From the human T2T-CHM13v2.0 reference genome, Homo sapiens: a stretch of 64,000 nucleotides of DNA. The notes under the pieces are model-generated. The model had not been told where the DNA came from, ran no database searches, and saw only the letters and a program-made list of their open reading frames with translations. Of the stretch, positions 33,490 to 46,052 are shown piece by piece; position 1 is the stretch's first letter, and each line of letters begins with the position of its first letter. The stretch lies in the NCBI RefSeq assembly GCF_009914755.1, contig NC_060925.1. One strand, written 5' to 3'. The position numbers and the translations under genes were made by a program.

Positions 33490-33990
33490 CTATTATATTA
33501 TTCTATTGCTGCTATAAAAAATTACCACCAATTCAGTGGTTTAAAACAGCACAAATTTATTATCTTACAGTCTGGAGGTGAGAAGTCTAAAATCAATCTC
33601 ATTGGGCTACAGTCAAGAGTTGGAAAGGCTGGTTCATTCTGGAGGGTCCAGGGGAGATTCAGTTTCCTTGCCTTCTAGCTTCTAGAGACTGGCTGAATTT
33701 CTTTGGCTCCTGCTCCCATCCTCCATCTTTAAAGCCAGCAACATAGCATCTTTCAATCCCTCTCTCAGCTCCGTTGTCACTTCACTTGGTGTCTGACTCT
33801 GACTCTGTTGCCTCCTTCTTACAAGGGCCCTTGTGATGACATTGGGCCCCCTTGGTAATCAAGTGAATTTCCCACCTCAATTTCCCACCCTTCACTTAAT
33901 CACATCTGCCAAGTACCTTTTGTCATATAAGGTAAATGGCAGAAGGGAATTAGGACATGGACGTCTTTGGCAGATCATTATACAGTCTGG
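33490..33990. mobile_element. MLT1-family LTR
   Basis: ATTTATTATCTTACAGTCTGGAGG...AATCACATCTGC motifs. Confidence 0.75.
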
Positions 33991-34049
33991 CAAAAACTTG
34001 TAGGTATTCATTCCAAAAATAAAGGAAAGCATGTGTTCATAAAAAATCT

Positions 34050-34372
<323 letters not shown>

Positions 34373-34379
34373 TAGCAGC

Positions 34380-34486
34380 TTTATTTGTAATATTTACAAG
34401 TATTTTATTTGTAATATTTACAGGTATTTTATTTGTAATATTTACAAGTATTTTATTTGTAATATTTACAAGTGTTTTATTTGTAA
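34380..34486. repeat. 24-bp minisatellite, ~4.5 copies
   Basis: TTTATTTGTAATATTTACAAGTAT repeated. Confidence 0.95.
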
Positions 34487-35198
34487 AACAAAAAGTAAAC
34501 TATTCTCCTTTAGCAAGTGAATGGATAAACAAATTGTGATATATCCACCAAATAGAATACCACTCAGAATTAAAAGAAATTATACAGCAACAACATAGAT
34601 GAATTCAAAGTAATCACAGCAGATAAAAGGAGCCAGATGATGGTGTACATACGGTATGATTCTATTTATAGAAAAATTCTAGAAAATCTAATCTTATCTG
34701 TAATCAAAAGCAAATCAGCAGCTGCCTAGGGACAGAGTGGGATGGGAGAGGTGGGTTTGGATTACAAAGGGTCATAAGGGCATTTTTGGGAGTGATGGAT
34801 ATGTTCATTATCTTGATTTTTGTGATGGTTTCATGAGTACATACATATATCCCTTTATAAATGTGCAGTTTATTGTATGTCAGTTGTACCTCCGTAAATG
34901 TGTTAATACAAACAAAAACAATTGATTCCATTTGGATTAAAGATAATAAAAGGGGTTGGAGCATTTTGCTGGAGGATGAAACTATATTCATCTTGGTTAC
35001 TTCATAAGCAAACTGGATTTGGTGGGGGCAGGATGCTTAAACAAATATAAGCAAAGCTTCCTCTTTTCTGTTTTTTCTTCATTTTTTTTTGGCTTTCCAT
35101 AGATGTTGCTGAAACACACCAAGAAGTTGCTAGCTGTCTTAAAGGTCCTTTTAGGGGACTCTGCTTTAAAAATATTTGCTTAAAAAATATCTAATTAA

Positions 35199-35560
<362 letters not shown>

Positions 35561-36094
35561 AACTTTCTCTTTTGGTTGTACATATTGTGCTACTGCCTAA
35601 TATTTTCTGTACTAAGTGGGCTGTAATCTGAAAGGACTATAATGTATGGTCAAAGAAAGAATGAAAATTGCAGTAAGGTCATGAACTTCTTACATGAAGA
35701 AATGAAAAATTCTGTTTTATTTCAGATTTAACAATCCTAATTGAATGCATAATATTTGCATGATGTCCTAATATTTACACTGAGTGCAAACAATAAATTC
35801 TACTATAAAGCAGTCCTGCAAATTGTAGCCAAAATCAATGTTCTTTTGCTTACTGCAGGGAGACTGGTTCTTTTTACTTCTATATAGTTCAACATTCTTG
35901 CCATTAGATGGCAGTCAAAACTAATGCAATGATTAAACTCCTCTTCAAGTTTAATAATGATTTGCATAGGTACAACATGTTATTCAGTGGACATATTTAT
36001 AAAAAGTTCTGTGAAAATTGAAAGACATTGTCAATGATCTAACATTCCTCTTGGTAACCAGGCATTTTCCAAGGTAAATAGGTATCCCAAAGAG

Positions 36095-37200
36095 ATCAGG
36101 TCTTTTTTTAAAATATGCTTTCTGAAAATTTGGAGTATAACATATGTACAGTAAAATGCAGAAAGCAACGTCAGTTCGAGGCATCACCACAAAGTGAAAA
36201 CACCTATATAAGCATCACCTAGATAAAATGAAAGAACGTTACCAGCATCTCGGAAGACTCCCTTGTGCTGTCTCCCAATCATTACCTTCTCCCTTCTCCC
36301 CAGAGGTAACCATTATCCTGACTTCTGACATTATAATTTAGGTTTTCCTATTTTAAGAAAGTTTATAAGTGTTATTATATATTCTTTATGTCTGGCTTCT
36401 TTCACTCAATATTTTTGTTATTTTTGCTTGTAGGTATATTTCATTCTTTTCCCTTGTGGTTAACAAATTTTATTATATGAATATACCACTATTTATCCAT
36501 TCTACTATTGGAAATTTGGGTTGTTTCCAGTATTTAGCTATTATAAATAATTTTCTGTGATGAACATCCTTGCATGTGCCTTTGGTGCACATAAGAATGT
36601 ATGGCGTTTGAGTATATACCCAGGAGTAGAATTTTTGGATTGCATGGTATGCAATATTGCCAAATAGTTTTTCAAATTTGTATCAATTTACACTTCCACC
36701 AGCAGTGTGTGAGAATTTCTATCATTCCACATCTTTACTAACACTTGGTGTTGTCGATCTTTTAAATCTCAGCCATTCTGGTAGACAGGTAGCGATATTT
36801 CAGTAGGGTTTTAATGTGCATTTTCCTCATACCTAATAAGGTTAAACACTTTTTGAATATATTTTCTTACGTTAAGTGTTGATTCATGTATTTTGCCAAT
36901 TTCCCACCATGTGGTCTATCTTACTGTTTTGTAGGAACTCTTTATATATTCCCCAGATATGAGCCCTTTGTTTGGTATATCTATTACTAATACATTTTCC
37001 CATTCTGGGTTTGTCTTTTCATTCTCTTAAAAGCACTTTTTGGTAAATTTTAATTTACTCATTTTATCAATTTTTTCCTTTATGGTTAGTTCGTGCTTTT
37101 TGTACTTTGTTTTAAAAACCTCTGCCTATACCAGAGTTGTGAAGATAGTCTCATATGACATGTTCTAGAAACTTCACTGTATTAACTGTGAAACTCTGTA
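36095..37200 (-). mobile_element. Old L1ME-like 3' fragment
   Basis: Antisense L1 motifs (TTGGGTTGTTTCCAG, CACTTCCACCAGCAGTG). Confidence 0.7.
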
Positions 37201-37571
37201 TTTTCACAAAATTCAACTCCAGGTAGATTTTAGATCAAACTGTGAAATACACTTGTTTACTATTGCTTGCAGTCATGTAACTTGTGGCATTCCTTTCTTC
37301 TGGGCACAGGAACCAGAAATAGGATACTAAGAGCAGAGAATAAAAATTTGTTTTTTCTCAAATTGTATGTTTGCCTGTGAAGAAATTCTTTCTTGCCAAT
37401 TTTGCTGAAATGGAGAGAAGAAAGGGTACGCAAGAGACACCACTTCTTCAGGTTAACTCCAGGAGAATGATCTAGAAAGTGTTCTAGGATACTCAGCTGG
37501 GCGTGTTTTCTTTTTGCAGATTGAATCCTGAAGTATTGTAGTCAGTCATTCCTTTAACATTTAATGACACC

Positions 37572-37881
37572 TTTTTTTTTTTTTTTTTTTTTTTTGGAGA
37601 CACAGTCTCGCTCTGTTGCCCAGGCTGGAGTGTAGTGGCATGATCACAGCTTACTGCAACCTCAACTTTCTGGGCTCAAGTTGTCCTCCCACCTCAGCCT
37701 CCTGAGCAGCGGGGATTATAGGCACATGCAATCATGGCTGGCCAATATTTTTATTTTTTGTAGAGGCAGGAGGGTCTCACTATGATGCCCAGGCTGGTCT
37801 CAAACTCCTGGACTTACGCTATCCTCCTACCTTTGGCATTGCAAGTGCTGGGATTATAGCCATGAGCCACTGCACCTGGCC
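37572..37881 (-). mobile_element. AluJ-like
   Basis: Dimer; TSD ~TTAAATGACA. Confidence 0.88.
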
Positions 37882-38972
37882 TTAAATGACATTTGAGTAT
37901 AATAGTGAAGATGAGATAAATTGTGAACAGGCAGGGTGTCTCCTTGAAGCAGTCTGGGTAAATTGCTATGAGAGCACAACACTAGGAAGAGTTTCCAGGG
38001 GTAGCAGATCCTTGTTACTCCTGGACCCACCCACTAGAAGTGCAGAAAAGGCAGGTTACTTCATAGGTGGATAAGCAAATGTTCAGTTACCCTTCTGTGT
38101 AATCTGGTGGCCAAAAACATTAATTAAGAGTCCCCTCTCCTGAACCTTCAGCTTAAACACTGAGCAGCTTCCTGTCTCACCACACCTAAGCGGAGATTTG
38201 TTTGAACTCACCGCACATGAGTCCTTAAACAGAACCTCTCCAGCCTTGCTCGAAGTGAGTCATTTATTTTCTGGGTCTTTCCTGGGAGATGCAGGGAATG
38301 GTGTTCGTGTGAGTTTGTGGTGTGTTTGTGTTTGCTGTTTTTTTTGGCAAATTCCACAGAGCAATGTGTGTGATATTCATTAATAATCAAAATACACTAT
38401 GGAGTTAACAAAAATACATGCAAACATTATGGCTCCATCACTGGAAATTTAGAAATTCCGACTTAATAGGCCTACAGTGAGGCCTGGGCGTTGTTGGTTT
38501 TTGTAATTTTAAACTTTCTTTAGATAGATAAAATACGGACAATGTAATAAAATTAAATGTACAAAAGAGAAGTAGTGAGAAGTAGGACTCTTAAATCATC
38601 CCAGTCTCCTAGTTCCCCTGTCCAGAGGGAAGTACTACTTCCAGTTTCTTGGGTTTCCTTCCAGAGGTATTCTGTGCATGCACACAGAGAGTGAGATTTT
38701 CTCTTTTAAACAGAAGTGATAGCATCATTTACTACTGTTCTGAATATTGTAAGTCACTAATTTTTAAAAGGCTCTCCAAGAGATTTTGAAGCAAATGCTT
38801 CATTAAGAGCTACCGATAAAAGCTATGCTTCTGTTCCCTGCTAAAAGCTATGGATGCATCTATTAAAAATCTTTTATATCTAATTTCATGTATTCAGCAA
38901 TGCCCTCAAATCTGTGGTCTAAATTCATCGGGTTAAGACTCTGTGATCTAGGGTGTTCAATTTAAGAATACT

Positions 38973-39119
38973 TGGTGTTACCAGATTAAAATACAGGATG
39001 CCTAAATTTGAATTTCAGATATAAAATAGTTTTTAGTGTAAGTATATTCCATGCAATATTTATAATATCTGAAATTCAAATTTAAGTGGGAGTCTGAATA
39101 TTTAATCTGGCAGCCCTAT
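38973..39119. mobile_element. MER53-like palindromic hAT MITE, internally deleted
   Basis: Inverted arms CCAGATTAAAATAC..AAATTTGAATTTCAGAT / ATCTGAAATTCAAATTT..TTTAATCTGG. Confidence 0.8.
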
Positions 39120-39361
39120 AGAAAATTTTGAGTCATCGGAAGTTATTCCAACTGATAGTCTGTAGAATGCCCTCTTTTTGAGACGACCTAGGTTATAATT
39201 TTAAAACCAAGCCCTTTAGGTTAAAGCCAAATTCTCTGAGTTTAATGATAAATTAGGTATCTGTTGGCTTACTTCAACATAAATGGATTTAATTTGCTGT
39301 TTTATCTCATGGGATAAACCTGTATTGTTACAGTGAAGTGGCCACTGAAATTAAAAAATAA

Positions 39362-39625
39362 ACTTGAGGCCAAAAGTTTGAGACCAGCCTGAGCAATATA
39401 GTGAGACCCTCTTTCTAAAAACACAAGAAATTAGCAAGATTTGGTGGAATACAATTAGTCACTGCTACTCAGGAGGCTAAGGTGGGAGGATCACTTGAGT
39501 TTGAGGAGGAATTGAGGTCCAGGAGTTTAAGGCTGCTGTGAAATATGATGTTATGCTTCATGTCACTGCCCTCCAGCCTGGGCAACAGAGCAAGACCCCA
39601 TCTCTTTAAAAACAAACAAACAAAA
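39362..39625 (+). mobile_element. 5'-truncated AluJ-like
   Basis: Diverged Alu with (AAAC)n tail. Confidence 0.8.
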
Positions 39626-39922
39626 CACCAAATCTTGAATTTACACATAGTAGATTATGTGTATTACTTTTAAAGAATTTAAAATATCTAAAGTCTGAGC
39701 CATGTTAGTCTTTAGAATCAACATTAAAATCTTAGCAGACTGGATTTGGATAAGGATAAAGAGAACCAGCCTAGAGGTAAGTGTTCATGATTGATTATTT
39801 AAATCATTTTTATTATCAATAAAAAAGTTATTAAGCATTTACTTAAATGGTGAAAAATTCTGACATGAAGGATGCAGAATTGTGGTTTATTATCTTTTAA
39901 GTAAATCAATAATAACATATTA

Positions 39923-40366
39923 TGCTGCAGTTTGCCACGGTTACCACAGGGCTGAACGAAGGAGGATGAACGAGAAATGAAAACTTAAAACAAAAGAAAC
40001 TGTCTTAAAGAAGGGATCTGGGGAAGAAGAAGAGGGCTTCCTGCTTCTACTAAGCAAAGGCAGCCGCCTTGAGCTTCTACAGCCGTTCATATTTATTGGG
40101 TAGATAGAGCAGGGAGCAGGAGGTAATGATTGGTCAGCTACTTAACTGATCACAGGTTCACATTATTGCTAACAGGCTTCAGATGCGCCTAATCACAAGA
40201 AACACGTGCCTGGGGCGTGACTGCCCTCAGCATTCCTTCTGGGCGGCAGACGCAGTTTATCAGTTTGCCAACACCCTGCTTTCAAGGGAACAGTTTGCTG
40301 TTTACTCATATAGCCTCCAGTGGTATACTGAGTTGGTCACAAACCTCACTCTTTCGGCCTGCAACA
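39923..40366 (-). mobile_element. Solo LTR3-family LTR (ERVK, HML-6)
   Basis: Minus strand starts TGTTGCAGGCCGAAAGAGTGAGG...ACTCAGTATACCACTGGAGGC; 6-bp TSD ATATTA. Confidence 0.88.
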
Positions 40367-40624
40367 ATATTATAATAAATATCAAATGACAAAGAATTAC
40401 AAATGTTAGAATCCTACTATGAAGATAGTAGAGGCAAAGATTACCACAATGGATATGATTTTGTTATATAAGAGATGAAAAGAACTTATAATTGTGTTAG
40501 ACCCTGAGTATCCCAGACAATATCTGAATGGACTCAATAAAATTAAAATTTATCATTTCATTTCAGAATTGTAGCTACAGTACCTTTTCATTTCCTTCCT
40601 TGCTAATCTACATAGGATTTAGAC

Positions 40625-40800
40625 GGTGGTATGCTTATGTTTAACAATCAGTGCTCCAGCAAAAAAGCCCTGATTGGAAGCATTTCCTAATTCCTGTGGT
40701 GTAAAAACTCTTACCATGACTGCTATCAAGCTAACACTTTTTAACAACCTGTTGGCAAAATTCCTGAAAATTTGTTCTTGTGAATCTGTACAAGCTGATT
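40625..40800. mobile_element. MER63-like hAT DNA transposon remnant
   Basis: TGTTTAACAATC...AAAAAAGCCCTGATT...TGGTGTAAA motifs. Confidence 0.6.
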
Positions 40801-42329
40801 TTATTTCTATGAGTTTATATGATGTACCTGTCTGGTTTTCATAAAAAGAAAACAGAGAATGTTTGTTCTTTGTTAACTGGTGTGCATATCTTGAAAATTT
40901 TTATCACATGCCAAAAAATTTCCAAACAAACAAAACTCAACAACAAGAAAAAAAATAGGAATACTTTAAGAAATTAATATAAATTTTGAACGGGTTTGGG
41001 AAAGTACAACCAACACCTAGAGAAAACTATAACTTTTGTTCTACCAGGTCTCCTGCCCTGAAGAAAATTTAATATAAACAAATACCTAAACGTTTTTAAA
41101 GTTACACAGTTCTATCATAATGCAGTGGGAAAAATCCAACCAATGTAGAAAAGTAGACATAAGTTACCTCTTTAAACACGTCTATTCTGTTTGATTTATA
41201 TAGAATTTTTTTTTGTTTTTCCACATTTCACTAGAGCAATTACATGAAATGCTTTAACTAGATTCAATAATGGTGAGTAGAATTCCAAAAAATATAAAAT
41301 GGCCTCTCTGTCTCCCTCTCACTTTTTTCCCCTCTCTCTTTCTTTCTTTCTTCAGGGAGCCACCTTGAGCAATGCCCTTGAAGTTTTGGATTTCTTCCAA
41401 TTCTTGGGTAGGAAAACTGGCAGTACAGAAAGTAGTGATGACTATTAACTAGCCAGTGCCATTCTTCATTTGGCTGGCATGGACTCAGCATGCTAGTGTG
41501 ATCCCATTTTTGAAACATTAAAATGGTACTGCTCTTTGATTTTCTTCCTTAAGGTAGTTTTAGCTTGGTTGTTCTGGCCTAGCTACTTGGAGGATAATTT
41601 TATTTCTGGACATTGTCTCTGTAGCTTTAATTTTAAGACAATGTCTTAAGATTTTCAAATGACAAGGGATTGATTTATGGTTGAAAGTTGATGTTCTTGG
41701 ACTAGTAAATTATTATATATCCCAGAAAGCAGCAGTGAAAAAACCTTGTTTCATATTTTGCCTTAATAAAGGATTCATGAAGGGAATATTTGAAACCAGA
41801 AAGGGCATTAGCTAAATGTTTATAACATAAAGAAATTATAAAAGGAATTTGCATTTGAATTGCTACATGATAATATATGCAAAAGAAAACACTTTAATGG
41901 ATTATTATAGACCAGAGTTCTATGATATGCCTGAAAAGAAAATGCATTCAATAAGTTATTTTTCATAATAAAAAGATACATTGTAATAATTGTTTAAATT
42001 GCTAAAGCACCTTTGTAATTTAAGCCCTTTCAAGTTTACTTGTAGAGTAGCTTCATTGTATATGGAGAAAATAGAAAAATATCATTCTTTTGTTTCTTAG
42101 TATTATTACCTTATAAATTATGTAATATGAAATCGAAACTATGTGGTGATTGATTGCCAAGATAGGTCAAGTAGCAAAAAAGTATAATTGGTTTGAAGAT
42201 TTTTACATTTAATTATTAAAATTATGATATAGAGGTAGCATCTGGAATAAATTAATATTAGATTTCTACTATAATAAAGAGATATTTCTTTCACGATTCT
42301 GAAAGTTATGTTTTAACATTTTAAATTTA

Positions 42330-42468
42330 ATTTACTTTAATTTTTTAAAATAAGAGATGGGGTCTTGCTTTGTTGGCTGGGTTGGTCTTAAACTATTGAC
42401 CTCAAGCAATCCTCCCACTTCAGGCTTCCAAAGTGCTAGGATTACGGGCATGAGCCACTGTACCTGGC
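42330..42468 (-). mobile_element. Alu monomer (FLAM-like)
   Basis: TSD GTTTTAACATTTT. Confidence 0.82.
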
Positions 42469-42992
42469 CAGTTTTAACATTTTTAGAGATAAAAATTCTG
42501 TGCTTGAACTGCTTACAAAATGCCTTGTCATGAGTCTATAAAGAATAAGTTATCTGTAAAAATAATTTAATGCCAAAATGATTTTGATTATGTGAAAAAT
42601 CATAAATGTCTTATAAACTGCCATACTGATAATATACATTTGTGTATGTGACTATGTGTATGTAAAATATCTGCATGTTTGTTGGCTAAAATGCCTATAT
42701 GCTATTTTAGAGAGGATTTGTTCTAATAGGAAATACTTTGAAATCTGATTAATCTTTATTATTTTTTTAACAAAGTATAACACTAAACATTTATTTCTTT
42801 ATTGTGAAAGTTTTCACTTTTTAATTGTTTTTGCTTAAACATCGTTGAACCAGTGACTTTTAATGTCATGAAAGAATTTTATAAATTACAAATAATTCTT
42901 TAGAAGAGATTATTTAAGGTGGTAATATGAATTATATTAAAAATTTTATAGTAATGGAGGGTAACAGAAATTTTATTTAAATTTGAATATTA

Positions 42993-44280
<1,288 letters not shown>

Positions 44281-45764
44281 TCCATTTCCCCTTACTAATT
44301 AATGTTACTTGCAATTGCAAAATACATTCATGATTCTAGGGAGTGATAGGAAGTGATGGGAGAGGCGGTTAACAGTGTTAGGTGACATAAATAAACGAAG
44401 AAATTATTTTGGAATAGAGGCAATGTAGAAAAATGTTAGAAAGTGTTGTTCAATCCTTCACAGGCTTTTCACTGCATGGTACAAAGTTAAGCATTTAAAA
44501 ATTGGCTATAACCCACTTGGAAGAGGGCATTTGTATGCTTAAAGTGGCCTCAGAAAAGGACAGCAGAGAATTTAGGAAGATTAGCAACTGGACTGTCAGG
44601 CGAACTCAGGCTGTTGGCCTCAACTCCAAGAGGGAGCGCAGCTAGGCAAAAGAATACGGATTAAGCGGAAGAGGTTGGAACACCTGTCCAGGCCAGGTAG
44701 GGGAGGAGTTTCAATGCTGACAAAGAACCCGTTGGGAGAGCTTCCTAAAACACCCAGCTGTCATGACGCACTGAGGAGTACTCTACTAGTTGACTGTTTT
44801 GAAGTGTGTGTGTGTGCGCTTGCTTGCTTTAGGAGACAAGCTATTAATACTAAAGCATATGTTAGGGAGTTGCTCAGCGTACTTGATATCTAGTAGCACC
44901 AGCCAAACTAGCTAACAGCCTTTCCATGGAGATAGGCCAGGAAGTAGCTCCATAGAGAAAAAAGGAAGTAGTGGACCTGCCTCCAAGGTTCCGATACTGG
45001 GAGGTGAAAGAGATCTGAAGTTCCGAATAAGCTGTTTACACTACCAGAGAAAAATCTGGCTCCCATCCAACCCTCACCCACGAGGTGCCCATTCCAGACA
45101 TGGGGCAAGCTGCCTTCTCATCTTCCGCAGGTGACAGCTCGGCTCACATTTGTCCACGTCTTCCATCTCGTGCGCTGGCAACATACCTAAATGATTACTG
45201 GAAGAGCTGCCTCTTTTTATAATTTCCTGACAGAATTTATAAAATTAAAATATTTAATTAAAGACAGAATCGGGGACATGTTGCCTTCACATTTGCTGTT
45301 CAACCTGTGCACATTTTGGTGGTTCCCAAGAATCGTCATGCCAAAGCATCAGGCTTGAAAGGAGAGATCACCTTAAGCATCAAGATTTAAAAAAATAAAA
45401 CACAACTCTCCTCAGTCTAAACTCTAGGATTTGGATGACGCTTCCCTGTCAAGGTTTCTCCCGAGTGGAGGAGACAAGAGGCAGGAAAGGCAGGTAACTA
45501 AAATTGCCTCATGTAAAGGGGCTCAGCGCAGAGGAGGAATGAGATAATAGCGGCGGTGGGGGTCTTTTCCCTTCTCTCCCTTTCTATCTTGGAAACAGGG
45601 GTCCGACTGGCAGCGGAGTGGGGGCAGTCCAAGCTCCGGGGTACCTGCAGGAGGAGACTCGACCAGCGAGAGGGGCCAGCGAGGGTGACCAGGTGCCCGC
45701 TTGGGGACCCCGCCGGCGGTGGCCAGGCTAGCCCAGGTCCTCCCCGATCCCAGGATGCACTGCG

Positions 45765-45822
45765 CCCCGCCCCCTCCCCGCGCCGCGTTCCGCCTCCCCT
45801 CGGCCCCGGCCCCCTCCCGCCC
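45765..45822 (-). promoter_or_regulatory. Potential G-quadruplex/i-motif just upstream of the inferred TSS
   Basis: Eight runs of 3 or more C on the plus strand. Confidence 0.6.
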
Positions 45823-45877
45823 AGCGCGGGGAGGCGGGGACGCGTCGGCGGCGGAGGCTTCTCCAGTCGCGTCTTTC

Positions 45878-46028
45878 TCACTCACTGGGGAGCCCGGCGG
45901 TGGCGGCACCTTTCGAGGTAGACCCGCTGAGCTGCTAGCCCGCCGGCCAGCGAGTGAGAGGTCGGACAGACTGTGGAGCCGACAGACTGAAGGACAGCGG
46001 CACCGCCAGACGGCCAGAAAGTTCCGCC
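45878..46028 (+). other. FNBP1L: Exon 1 5'UTR (start approximate)
   Basis: No upstream ATG; ends in Kozak-like CCGCC-ATG; matches recalled FNBP1L leader. Confidence 0.7.
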
Positions 46029-46052
46029 ATGAGCTGGGGCACGGAGCTGTGG
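46029..46052 (+). CDS. FNBP1L: First coding exon segment (MSWGTELW) of formin-binding protein 1-like / TOCA-1, an F-BAR protein
   Basis: GCC ATG AGC TGG GGC ACG GAG CTG TGG then a GTGAGT donor (phase 0). The peptide is shared by FNBP1 and FNBP1L (TRIP10 has MDWGTELW); the paralogue was chosen from the recalled 5'UTR and the AT/L1-rich context. Confidence 0.88.

Noticed and set aside
46029-46052. Assignment to TRIP10 or FNBP1
   Set aside because: TRIP10 begins MDWG. FNBP1 shares the peptide and is not strictly excluded, but the leader and genomic context fit FNBP1L better.
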